A stretch of DNA of 64,000 nt from positions 31,189-95,188 of the forward strand of contig CAZUXT010000004.1 of assembly GCA_964624145.1 (NCBI GenBank). The letters are read 5' to 3'. A program made the position numbers and the translations under genes. Within the stretch, counting starts at the first letter, position 1; each line of letters opens with the position of its first letter. Shown here one piece after another: positions 38,713 through 48,227 of the stretch. The notes beneath the pieces were generated by a model. That model ran no database searches. It saw only the letters and a program-made list of their open reading frames with translations, and had not been told where the DNA came from. The stretch is from an uncultured Eubacteriales bacterium (lineage in GTDB: Bacteria; Acidobacteriota; Aminicenantia; Aminicenantales; Aminicenantaceae).

Positions 38713-40068
38713 GTGAATCAAAAAAAGAAGACTTCCGGAACACTTGAAGATTATTCCTTGAAACCGGTCCCCTTATCTGAGAGAAAATCCTGGATTAGCC
38801 TGACCATCATCTGGATAGGGATAGCGGTAGTCATGTCCGCTATTTTCCGCGGCATGATGATCGGTCTCGGATTGGGGAAAATAACAAGTATCCTGCTTTC
38901 CTATGTCCTTGGGGAGATACTCCTTGTGGGGATCATGGGCCTTTCCGGATATATCGGAGCCCGAACAGGGCTGTCCACACCCCTTATAGCAAACTTCTCC
39001 TTTGGACGGATAGGATCTATACTGATATCTTTGTCCATAGCCCTGTCTCTTCTAGGCTGGTTTGGAGTCCAGGCTGCTTTTTTCGCACGAACTATTCAGT
39101 ACTTCATCCATTCGGATTTTTCGCTGCCGCTTTTTTCATTCATATGCGGGATCATTATGATGATTCCCGCCATTTTTGGCATCAGGGGGCTCAGCACTCT
39201 CAGTTGGATAGCCTCTCCATTTGTGATCCTGATATTCATAATAGGATTTGTAAAAAGCGGATTCCATTTCCTTCCCGCTCAAACCCTTATCTCCCTAGCT
39301 CAACACCACCAGCCCGACCCCTATCCTATAACCATAGGCGCTGCTGCCTCTGTTGTAGCAGGAGGATTTATCGTGGGAGCCACTACCAGCGCGGACATAT
39401 TTCGTTATTCCAAACCCAAAATAAAAAACATTTTCGGAGCTGCGTTTGTTGCTATGCTGGTAAGTGCCTTTCTCCACCTTGTTGGTTCTGTTTTTGCTAT
39501 GAATACAGGACTTTATCACGAAAATCTGCCAGAACTTATCATATCTCCAGCCTATCTTGGTCTGGGATTTGTTGGCTTCCTGGTCCTTCTGCTTGCGCAG
39601 TGGACCACAAATGACAGCAATATCTACTCATCTGTTCTTGCTCTGAACAATATATTCAAGACAAAAAGATGGCTGGTCACCATAGGAGCCGGACTCATTG
39701 CCTCTGCGCTGGCAGCACTGGGCATCTTAGAAAGATTGGAACTGTTCCTTGTTTTTCTTACCGTAAGCATCGGACCCATAGGAGGGATCTTTATTTGCGA
39801 CTATTATTTATTAAGAAGACTCAAACCATCCGGGCTCAAAGAAAAAAACATACAGGCAGTCAATCAAAAAGCACTGGGAGTCTATCTTATATCCGTAGTT
39901 ATCGGATGGCTTACGTCAGGACATCCGTTTACCATAAACATTTTTCCCTTCTCGATTTTTGCTTTTAACGGAATCATATCCTCAATCATCCTCTATTATG
40001 TCATCATGAAAATATTTCCGAATAAGGAGAAGACAAATGGCCCTGAAACAAGTCATAGAAACCTATGA
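38713..40068 (+). CDS. NCS1-family nucleobase (cytosine/purine-type) permease
   Basis: It has 12 predicted transmembrane helices and the N-terminal LSERKSW motif typical of CodB-like permeases. The start is apparently GTG. The 3' end overlaps the next gene. Confidence 0.75.
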   Translation: MNQKKKTSGTLEDYSLKPVPLSERKSWISLTIIWIGIAVVMSAIFRGMMIGLGLGKITSILLSYVLGEILLVGIMGLSGYIGARTGLSTPLIANFSFGRIGSILISLSIALSLLGWFGVQAAFFARTIQYFIHSDFSLPLFSFICGIIMMIPAIFGIRGLSTLSWIASPFVILIFIIGFVKSGFHFLPAQTLISLAQHHQPDPYPITIGAAASVVAGGFIVGATTSADIFRYSKPKIKNIFGAAFVAMLVSAFLHLVGSVFAMNTGLYHENLPELIISPAYLGLGFVGFLVLLLAQWTTNDSNIYSSVLALNNIFKTKRWLVTIGAGLIASALAALGILERLELFLVFLTVSIGPIGGIFICDYYLLRRLKPSGLKEKNIQAVNQKALGVYLISVVIGWLTSGHPFTINIFPFSIFAFNGIISSIILYYVIMKIFPNKEKTNGPETSHRNL

Positions 40069-40978
40069 ATTTCTGGATACACCGGAAATAAAAGAGACTG
40101 ATATTGTGAATTTCCTCACCCGATGGGGAGTCAAGCAAAAGGAAACAAAATTCATGGGAATAAAAGGCAAAAAAGGCCGTACGCTTTTTGTTAAAATTCA
40201 CATTTCCGGGAAAAAAGGAAAATCAAAAAGAGGATCCTCTCCGACCCTGGGCATTGTCGGACGTCTCGGAGGAATAGGAGCCAGGCCTGCTCAGACCGGG
40301 CTGGTTTCAGATGCTGACGGAGCCATCACTGCTCTTGCCGCTGCAGCAAAAATGGCTGCCATGCGGGAAAAAGGGGATTTTCTCCAGGGAGACATCATCA
40401 TCTCCACCCATCTGTGCCCCAGGGCACCTGTCATTCCCCACGATCCCGTTCCTTTTATGGGCTCTCCTGTTTCCATTGCTGTCATGAACAAACATGAAGT
40501 CGACTCCCGCATGGATGCCATCCTTTCTGTGGACGCAACCAAAGGAAACAGAATCATAAACCATAGAGGTTTTGCCCTATCCCCTACGGTCAAAGACGGA
40601 TATATATTAAAAGTCAGTGATTCCCTTTTGGATATCATGCATTCAGTAACCGGCAGGCTTCCGGTTGTATTTCCTATCACTCTCCAGGATATAACACCCT
40701 ATGAAAATGGAGTCTTTCATCTCAACAGTATTATGCAACCCTGCACAGCAACAAATGCCCCTCTCGTTGGAGTAGCCATTACAAGTGAAGTACCTGTGCC
40801 CGGATGCGCTACAGGAGCCAATAATCTCATGGATCTGGAAGGCGCAGTCCGTTTTGTTTTGGAAGTCGCTAAAGCATTTGGAAAAGGAAAATGTGAATTC
40901 TACGATAAAAAAGAATTCCAGAAACTGCTCACCCTCTACGGTTCCTTGGAGCATCTGAAAACAGCGGGGCGGAAATAA
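40037..40978 (+). CDS. Uncharacterised conserved protein co-transcribed with the NCS1 permease
   Basis: A 313-aa soluble protein. Its start overlaps the permease gene by 32 nt. It matches no family I can confidently name. Confidence 0.6.
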   Translation: MALKQVIETYEFLDTPEIKETDIVNFLTRWGVKQKETKFMGIKGKKGRTLFVKIHISGKKGKSKRGSSPTLGIVGRLGGIGARPAQTGLVSDADGAITALAAAAKMAAMREKGDFLQGDIIISTHLCPRAPVIPHDPVPFMGSPVSIAVMNKHEVDSRMDAILSVDATKGNRIINHRGFALSPTVKDGYILKVSDSLLDIMHSVTGRLPVVFPITLQDITPYENGVFHLNSIMQPCTATNAPLVGVAITSEVPVPGCATGANNLMDLEGAVRFVLEVAKAFGKGKCEFYDKKEFQKLLTLYGSLEHLKTAGRK

Positions 40979-41204
40979 GGAAAAAATTCAGATGTAGCTT
41001 ATGCTCCAGACTTTCATCAGGCAAGCTGGTTCTTCAGCCCGCTGATTTTTCCCAGCGAGTAAAATCAGCTTATTCCTCGGCTCGCTCTCCTCTGCGAGGA
41101 ACCATGCCCGCTCGCCTCCGGATGACTTCAGAACCACCCAGCCTGCCTGAAAGTCTGGGTGAGGCATGATGTTATTTACATTACAGGATTAACATTAACC
41201 TTAA

Positions 41205-41392
41205 GAAATTCAGGTGTGGACGTGGCGACATTGAAGATTTAGCCTTTGGAGTGCTGTGTTTGAGGGTACTCGGCAAAGCCGAGCTGCGAGCATGTCTGAC
41301 CCACGGACGGGGGGAGTTGCGCAGCAGCCGAGAACACAGTGCGAGTAATGGCGTTAAAAATCTTTAGCGAGCAAAAGCCATATCTGAATTTC
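41205..41392 (+). repeat. 188-bp MITE-like / structured repeat, copy C
   Basis: It has the same terminal inverted repeats and 188-bp length. It lies in a convergent intergenic region. Confidence 0.8.
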
Positions 41393-41457
41393 ACATCGGC
41401 TTGCCTTAATGGTAAAAAAATGCTCATCGCCATTTTTTTATGAATAGGTCAGATGGT

Positions 41458-42315
41458 TCACTTTATGGGCTGGCCCAGAGGATATTTGTCAATCACTTCT
41501 TTGGGTACTTCATAGACCTTATTCCAGCCGCCCAGCCGCTCGAGTACTCTGGGAGAAGTCACTCCTCTCTTCTTGCCTCTCTCAATAAGATAAACAGAAC
41601 GGTTCGGACGGGAGCTTTTCTCTATAACAAGGCACCCTTCAAAGGAAAGTACTATCATGGGCCCCTGCCTCATATTCATAAGAGTATTATAAGAAATTTC
41701 TTCAAGATAATTCCAGGGTTCATCTTTCCTTCCAATACTGTAGTTATAGAAGTAAAGGCTTTCAAGGTTCTTAAAAGGCCTCCTGATGTAATCACCAGGC
41801 CCCCTTCTTTCTATCATATAAACAGTATCATCTCTGGCTTTGATGTATTTTCCATTCAGATAAGCAAGGTTATCACTGGAAGGCCATCTGGAAAATTCAT
41901 AATCCATTCTATCTAATATTTGCCTGCATTTTGAAACCTCATACGGTATTATTCTCGCTCTGGTCATCTCTTCTTCAAGCTCCTTGAATGAACGGGAAAG
42001 ATACACAAACGCATTATAAAGGCTTGTTCTTAAATAACCTGTTCGAAAATATCTTGAGCTCTGGGTTGTCAGTTTTAGGAAGAGCTTGCATGATGCGGAA
42101 AAAGCCTCTGACTTAAACAGAATAGCCTGTTCCTGGTCGGTTATCACTCCATTCCAACCTTCAAAATGTTTGTAACTGTTTTCCGCCAACAAGACTGCCT
42201 GTCCTTCCAGCTCGCTGCCAAGCTTATAAATCACATCTATGTTTTCCCCGAATGCACTCAAGCACAGAAAACAAAAGAAAAAAAGTACGAATGCTGGTTT
42301 TGTTGTTTTGATCAT
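41458..42315 (-). CDS. Hypothetical secreted protein
   Basis: It has a signal peptide (FVLFFFCFLCLSAFG) and matches no family I recognise. It is the last gene of a three-gene minus-strand cluster. Confidence 0.5.
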   Translation of the reverse strand: MIKTTKPAFVLFFFCFLCLSAFGENIDVIYKLGSELEGQAVLLAENSYKHFEGWNGVITDQEQAILFKSEAFSASCKLFLKLTTQSSRYFRTGYLRTSLYNAFVYLSRSFKELEEEMTRARIIPYEVSKCRQILDRMDYEFSRWPSSDNLAYLNGKYIKARDDTVYMIERRGPGDYIRRPFKNLESLYFYNYSIGRKDEPWNYLEEISYNTLMNMRQGPMIVLSFEGCLVIEKSSRPNRSVYLIERGKKRGVTSPRVLERLGGWNKVYEVPKEVIDKYPLGQPIK

Positions 42316-42372
42316 CTCTTTATCCTCCCTTTCCTTTAATCATGAATAGCACAGGTTATTTATATAGAACGA

Positions 42373-42966
42373 TTATAAATTAAATCTGAAAACGAGGCCG
42401 GCTTTAATCCCGATTCCTCCGAGGTCAGCTTTCACGGACCCTTCCTCAGCTTGAGCATGGCTGTACTTGACACAGACCTTTGCTCCCAGTGAAGAAGAAA
42501 AGTCATAATAGCATCCGCCCTGAAAACTAAATCCTAAAACCGAGCCCTTGGTGGAGCTTACCGGAAAAGTCGGAGGATATTTTTCCTTATATATGATGTA
42601 ATCCAAGCCAGGCCCAATAAAAATTATGAACCTCTTCAAATCAAAAAGATATCTTAAAGATAATGTGAAATCCGATATCGCTAAGTCAACCTCTTCTTTG
42701 GTAACCGTTAGTTTTCCTTTATCAGATAAAAATCTATATTCCACTCCTATTTCTATATGTCGATTCAATAAGAAAGGAAGCCTGTATGAATACTCCCCGT
42801 AAAATACCCAGGCGCTGTCTCCATAAACCTCCTTAAATACTTCATCCTGCATAAAATAGGCACCGCCTGCTACTGAAAGCCTAGAGCTTTTTATTTCTTC
42901 GTTTCCTGCATAAAGCATTGCGGCAAATAAGAAAAATATAAAAAAACAGGTGCGTGCTTTTCTCAT
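42373..42966 (-). CDS. Small outer-membrane beta-barrel protein (OmpA-like or OmpW-like barrel)
   Basis: It has a signal peptide, alternating amphipathic beta-strands and a C-terminal aromatic signature (LVFRFNL). Confidence 0.55.
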   Translation of the reverse strand: MRKARTCFFIFFLFAAMLYAGNEEIKSSRLSVAGGAYFMQDEVFKEVYGDSAWVFYGEYSYRLPFLLNRHIEIGVEYRFLSDKGKLTVTKEEVDLAISDFTLSLRYLFDLKRFIIFIGPGLDYIIYKEKYPPTFPVSSTKGSVLGFSFQGGCYYDFSSSLGAKVCVKYSHAQAEEGSVKADLGGIGIKAGLVFRFNL

Positions 42967-42973
42967 GTTTCAC

Positions 42974-44794
42974 TCACTCCACAGTCACATAAGCCGGTGC
43001 TCCCTCTATGTTATTGTTGTCGACAGCGGTCACTGCGAATATATATTGAGTATTACTTGACGTATTTCTTATGTGATAGACGAGATTCTCTGCTGAAACC
43101 TCATCTACATAGTCTAACTTTCTCCACTGTTCCACTCTGTATATTCTGTACTTTGAGATATTTTCATTATCCGGATTGGCATTCCATGTGAGCTGAATGA
43201 CATTCTCATAGTAAAACAAAGCTCTATTCACTTTCCTCTCACCGGTGAGATTGATTGGAGGCAGAATATAAGCTGTTTGTATTTTCTGGCCGGGAACGAT
43301 GCTGTTTATAACCCTTTGCTCGCCGTTCAAAAACTCAATCTTCAGATCATACGCTGATGATTGAGAAACTCCGAAATGAGCGGCCGGCATATCCTGTGCC
43401 AGGTAGCCGTATTCCCCTGTTATTTCACGAAATCCTTTCAAAAAACCGGATTCCCCAAGATGCCCCCCTTCATAGAGCCAGAGTTTCGTACCAATCCCGC
43501 CGGTACCTCCTGTCTGATCCGAAAGAACCTCAACCTGGATCCAGTTCGAATCATCAATATCATTCCTTAACAGCACATTATATCCTCTTCTATCCGCTAT
43601 ATAGACATCCAGGTCCCCGTCTCCGTCAAAATCCCCCAATGCACTCGACCTTGGGTCAACGGTGTTCAGGGACGCCATCAATGCGCTCACATTGAGAGAG
43701 ACATAAATGAAATTCCCCTGCCCGTCATTCTGATAGAAATAACCTCCTGATTCATAAAGGTCCAGATCCCCGTCATGATCAAAATCTCCGAAACAGCAGT
43801 GGAAACCGGAATTAGATCCAACTGTGCTCATCGAGTTGTACTTTTGAAAAATCCCTTCATTGTTTTTGTATATGTCTATTCTGTGGCCTCCTATGACAGC
43901 AAAGTCTAAATCCCCGTCATTGTCGAGGTCGGCAAAGCTCATCCCATTATCTTTGACATTGATGGTTAAAGGAAGACCAAGGCTTCCGCCTGCTTTGTGG
44001 AAATATCCATTTCCATCATTGAGGTATATGGTGGATGGAGGAGCCCATTTGGCTTCGGCTATGTCTATATCTCCGTCCTGGTCGATATCAACAGCGCTGA
44101 CTCCCTGAACAAATCCAATCCATTCAATACCGCGATAGGTCCATGTGAATGTTCCATCGCCGTTATTCATATAAAAATTTTTGAGCTGCTTTGGCGGAGA
44201 AGGCTGCGTGCTGAAAGGCTTTGCTTCCGAAAGAGGATTAGAAAAATACAGGTCTATATCGCCGTCGCCATCAAAATCTGCGGCAGCCACCCCTCTGGAA
44301 AAAGTATCAATATCCTGAGAGGGGGAGATATTATCAGTGATATCCTGGAAATAGCCGGTACCGTCATTTTCATAAATATGATTGTACGAAGGACTTATAT
44401 TTCCATAGGTTGTGGTCGAAAACAAATCAAAATCTTTATCATTATCGAGGTCAGCAAAAACCCCTCCATGCGTCCCGGTAGGGTACGCATCGGAAACACC
44501 CCTGAGGAAAGCCTCATCCGAAAATATGCTTCCGTAGTTTATATAGAGAATGTTTTCAACATTCAGTACTCCCTTGGCATCTTGGTTTTTTATGTACAGA
44601 TCAAGTTTCCCATCATTGTTGACATCAACCCAGCAGATCCCATGAGCGCCGAAATAACTGTACCCTCCCACATTATTCTTCTGTGTCACGTTTGTGAAAT
44701 GTAAGCTTCCGGACAAAAAGAGGGGTGATAAAACAAAAGTAAGGATCAATGCCGGTTTTTTCAGAATTCTCAAACAACAACCCTGACGGCTCAT
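42974..44794 (-). CDS. Secreted FG-GAP/VCBS-repeat beta-propeller protein with a C-terminal fibronectin type III domain
   Basis: At least seven Ca-binding DxDxDG-type repeats are present (DVNNDGKLD, DLDNDKDFD, DFDGDGDID, DIDQDGDID, DLDNDGDLD, DFDHDGDLD, DFDGDGDLD). An FN3-like tail follows. Confidence 0.7.
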   Translation of the reverse strand: MSRQGCCLRILKKPALILTFVLSPLFLSGSLHFTNVTQKNNVGGYSYFGAHGICWVDVNNDGKLDLYIKNQDAKGVLNVENILYINYGSIFSDEAFLRGVSDAYPTGTHGGVFADLDNDKDFDLFSTTTYGNISPSYNHIYENDGTGYFQDITDNISPSQDIDTFSRGVAAADFDGDGDIDLYFSNPLSEAKPFSTQPSPPKQLKNFYMNNGDGTFTWTYRGIEWIGFVQGVSAVDIDQDGDIDIAEAKWAPPSTIYLNDGNGYFHKAGGSLGLPLTINVKDNGMSFADLDNDGDLDFAVIGGHRIDIYKNNEGIFQKYNSMSTVGSNSGFHCCFGDFDHDGDLDLYESGGYFYQNDGQGNFIYVSLNVSALMASLNTVDPRSSALGDFDGDGDLDVYIADRRGYNVLLRNDIDDSNWIQVEVLSDQTGGTGGIGTKLWLYEGGHLGESGFLKGFREITGEYGYLAQDMPAAHFGVSQSSAYDLKIEFLNGEQRVINSIVPGQKIQTAYILPPINLTGERKVNRALFYYENVIQLTWNANPDNENISKYRIYRVEQWRKLDYVDEVSAENLVYHIRNTSSNTQYIFAVTAVDNNNIEGAPAYVTVE

Positions 44795-44977
44795 TTGATT
44801 TCATAAAGTTTGCCACTTGAAAAACCATTTGTCAATCAAATTTAAGAACCTTCTCAGTCTTATCTTCTCTCTCCTGTCTATCCTGGATTATTCATAGGTC
44901 AGGCTATTTACTGTATGACGTCTTGTATGCTAATATGGATTTTGAATCTTAACGGAATTATTGAGCTTGAGATAGAC

Positions 44978-46828
44978 ATGAAAATAAAAAAATCACTCAT
45001 TTTTTTATCCATAATCGCCCTCTTTGTCCTCTCAAGCTGTGCAAAAAAACAAATGTTCCATAGGGCAGATGCCGAAAATCGGGAAACCAAAGACATTGAT
45101 CTCAATCTGTTAAAAAAGGATAGCGATAACAATCTTTACTACCACAAAAAATTCGTTACGTTCAGATTCGAGACAAAAAGTGACTCTATAAGTATCCAAA
45201 GCAAACTTTTTGGAAACATAAATGTCAATATGAGCTGCATTTCTGATAAAAAAGGGACCCTTACCATATCGAAAGAAGGCACAGAAACGCCTCCCCCATC
45301 CGGATTCATAATGCCAATAAGAGAAGGATACAATGACCTGAACTTTGCACTGGACCTTGAAAAAGGCCAGCATATCATCATTCAAAATCCGGATGAACTG
45401 GATATCATATTTTCAAAGCCCATCATATACAAATCCCTTCCGGCAGAGGAGAGAACAAATGTATTTCTGATTTCTGTTGATACGCTGAGCTCTCTTCATA
45501 TGAGCCTCTACGGATATGACAGAAAAACCACACCGAATATAGACCAATTCGCTCACGACTCAGTTGTTTTTCTGAATGCTTTTTCAAACTCATCCTGGAC
45601 CGTCACTTCTCATATGAGCCTGTTCACGTCCCTTCATGAGCACGAGCACCAGGTTGAAGAGAGGGCTGAATACAAGATAAAAAATCAGAAGCTAATACGC
45701 GTGAAACCCCCTGCTATCATTCCTCTCTCATACGACATCCCCTTTTTCGCCGAAGACATATCAGATCAATTCGTGGCCGTAAGTTACAACGGAGGAGTCA
45801 AAGTGGATGCTCTCTTTGGCTTTTACAGAGGGTTTGATCTCTACTGGAGCAATAACGACCTCTACTCCCCAAAAGCCGGTTCTGTGATGTTTGAAGAAGC
45901 CAGAGACAAACTGACAGAATCCACATTTCCAAAAGCTTTTTATTTTCTGCACACCTACCATGTCCACGCACCTCATAATCCTCCATCAGGATTCCTGAGT
46001 AAAATCCCAAGGGAAACACAATTAAAAGAATTCGATTTTAACAGTGACCTGGGAGGAAACAAGTGTATATTTAAAGAAACAGATGATGACTTTATTGAAG
46101 ATGTGAAAGCCCTGTATGATGCGGAAATAGTGAGTTTTGACCACTATTTCGGAGAATTCATCACTTTTCTGAAGAACAACGACCTTTATCAAAACTCCAT
46201 GATCATTTTGCTTTCAGACCATGGAGAAGAATTTTTTGAACATAAAAGATGGGCTCACGGTTCTGATCTGTATAATGAACAGATTCGGATCCCTCTCTTA
46301 ATAAAGTTCCCGGAACGAGAATATCAAGGAAAGAAAATTGAAGAAAATGTCAGCCTTCAAGATGTTCTCCCCACCATAATGGATTATTATGGAATCAAAT
46401 ATACTAAAAACATCAGAGGGCAGTCTCTTATCCCATTGATAAAAAGCGGTAAATCTCAGGAAAGGCCCATAATCTCATCCATATACAGATTCAAACCATT
46501 TGAATTACTTCCAGGGAAAATAGCGGTCATCCAGGATAACTATAAAATTATATTCAATAAGAGGTACACTCAAGAAACATTCAAATACTTTACATATCCT
46601 CCTCCTAAGATCATCCATACAGTGGAGCTATATGATTTGGCATTAGATCCAGGAGAAAAAGTGAATCTTTTCCAGAAAAACAACATCCCGCAAAAAGATA
46701 AACTCTTTGAGTTCATAAAAAGAATAACGGAAGAAATGGATACGGCACAAAGAAAAGCTGAAAGAGAAGAAAAAATATCCGAAGACATGCTCGAAAGACT
46801 GAGGACCCTGGGTTATATCGATAAATAA
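44978..46828 (+). CDS. Sulfatase-like (alkaline phosphatase superfamily) lipoprotein
   Basis: A lipobox (LSSC) is present. The sulfatase-family metal-binding blocks (ISVDTLSSLHMSLYGY, LLSDHGEEF) are present, but no CxPxR formylglycine motif. An N-terminal domain of about 170 aa is unassigned. Confidence 0.7.
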   Translation: MKIKKSLIFLSIIALFVLSSCAKKQMFHRADAENRETKDIDLNLLKKDSDNNLYYHKKFVTFRFETKSDSISIQSKLFGNINVNMSCISDKKGTLTISKEGTETPPPSGFIMPIREGYNDLNFALDLEKGQHIIIQNPDELDIIFSKPIIYKSLPAEERTNVFLISVDTLSSLHMSLYGYDRKTTPNIDQFAHDSVVFLNAFSNSSWTVTSHMSLFTSLHEHEHQVEERAEYKIKNQKLIRVKPPAIIPLSYDIPFFAEDISDQFVAVSYNGGVKVDALFGFYRGFDLYWSNNDLYSPKAGSVMFEEARDKLTESTFPKAFYFLHTYHVHAPHNPPSGFLSKIPRETQLKEFDFNSDLGGNKCIFKETDDDFIEDVKALYDAEIVSFDHYFGEFITFLKNNDLYQNSMIILLSDHGEEFFEHKRWAHGSDLYNEQIRIPLLIKFPEREYQGKKIEENVSLQDVLPTIMDYYGIKYTKNIRGQSLIPLIKSGKSQERPIISSIYRFKPFELLPGKIAVIQDNYKIIFNKRYTQETFKYFTYPPPKIIHTVELYDLALDPGEKVNLFQKNNIPQKDKLFEFIKRITEEMDTAQRKAEREEKISEDMLERLRTLGYIDK

Positions 46829-46930
46829 TGAATCTTTAAAAACAGACAGATCACTTCTCATAGCAAACTATTTATTGTATATTTTTATATGAACGCGGAT
46901 TACACACAAGCCGGGATAATGTGATCTGGA

Positions 46931-48205
46931 ATGAAGTACATTGAAAAATCAGTAAGAATTGCAGAAAGAATATCTTCTCCATTCCTTGATTGTTTTTTAA
47001 AATTCATCGCTCATAGAAAAAATCTTGACTCTTTCATCCAAAGCAGAGAAGACAAGAAAATAAGGAAGTTGGAGAATCCAAAAAAATTTCTTGTTGTTCC
47101 TGACATAAATATAGGAGACGCCTTAAACCATCAAGCCTTTATTGAAAAGCTAAAACAATATCTACCCGGATCAAAAATCCATTATATCTATAAAAAAAAA
47201 GCTTTTCCTCTTGTCAAATCAAATCCTTTTATCGATGTGCATCATCCCCTTCTTCAAAGCAGTGTCACTCCCTCTTCAGAAGACCTTGATATTTTAAAAA
47301 AGCTCCTAATAAGAAATAAATACGACATCATTTTTAATTTTTGCCCCTATCTTCCATTCTCTGCTTTAAAATACGGGAAGGCAAAAGTCATACACCCTAT
47401 AAGATTCATGGCCAGGATCATAAGGGCCTACTGTTCAGAACACCACAAAATGCATATTAGCTTTCAATTAAATCAATTTGCAAAGGAAATGGCTCACAGA
47501 ATCAATCCCTCAGGATTTAAAGAAAAAACCAGTGAAGACAGCTCTTTCACATACAGATTGTATACTGATAAAGATGTGTATATCAGAGCAGAGAAAACCG
47601 CTGAGAAAATTGGAATCCTACCGGATAAGAAAATTATTTTTTTTAATCCGGATTCGTCCTCTCCATACACCTTAATCCCCTTACAAATGCAGGTTCAAAT
47701 TCTGAAAGAAGTTCTTTCCATGCCTTCTGTGGGTCAGGTCCTTATGAACAGAGGCCGGTCATACAGGAATATCGAAAAAAAAATACTCCATCAACTCACT
47801 GAGGAATTAAAAAAGAAGGTCCTGCTTTTCCCCCTGGATACCCCTATAGATGTTTATGCAGCCCTTACTGACAAAGCGGATTTATACATTTCAGCAGATA
47901 CGGGTCCCATGCATATCTCCGCCGCAGAAAAAATTATAACAGACTCAGAACAAAAATTCAGAAACCAAACCGCACTGATAGGGATATTCGGCGCCACTCC
48001 AAGCAGGCTTTACGGATATGATTCTTTCTCAGATAAGCACATAGATTCTGCTCAGAACGCTCCGGCAAAATCGTTCGAAGGCCATCCCCCCTGTAAAAAC
48101 ATAACCTGCGTTAATAAGGCTTTTAAAAACTGCTCTGAAATCAAATGTTTTGAGGGAATCGATCCTGAAGAGATAACCGCTTATATCGAATCCCTTGTTC
48201 ACTAA
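46931..48205 (+). CDS. Glycosyltransferase family 9 (heptosyltransferase-like)
   Basis: It has the GT9 hallmark DTGPMHISAA (compare DSGPMHLAAA) and an N-terminal FLVVPDINIGDAL block. There is a Cys-rich C-terminal tail. Confidence 0.65.
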   Translation: MKYIEKSVRIAERISSPFLDCFLKFIAHRKNLDSFIQSREDKKIRKLENPKKFLVVPDINIGDALNHQAFIEKLKQYLPGSKIHYIYKKKAFPLVKSNPFIDVHHPLLQSSVTPSSEDLDILKKLLIRNKYDIIFNFCPYLPFSALKYGKAKVIHPIRFMARIIRAYCSEHHKMHISFQLNQFAKEMAHRINPSGFKEKTSEDSSFTYRLYTDKDVYIRAEKTAEKIGILPDKKIIFFNPDSSSPYTLIPLQMQVQILKEVLSMPSVGQVLMNRGRSYRNIEKKILHQLTEELKKKVLLFPLDTPIDVYAALTDKADLYISADTGPMHISAAEKIITDSEQKFRNQTALIGIFGATPSRLYGYDSFSDKHIDSAQNAPAKSFEGHPPCKNITCVNKAFKNCSEIKCFEGIDPEEITAYIESLVH

Positions 48206-48227
48206 CCTGACCTATTCATCATCCAGA

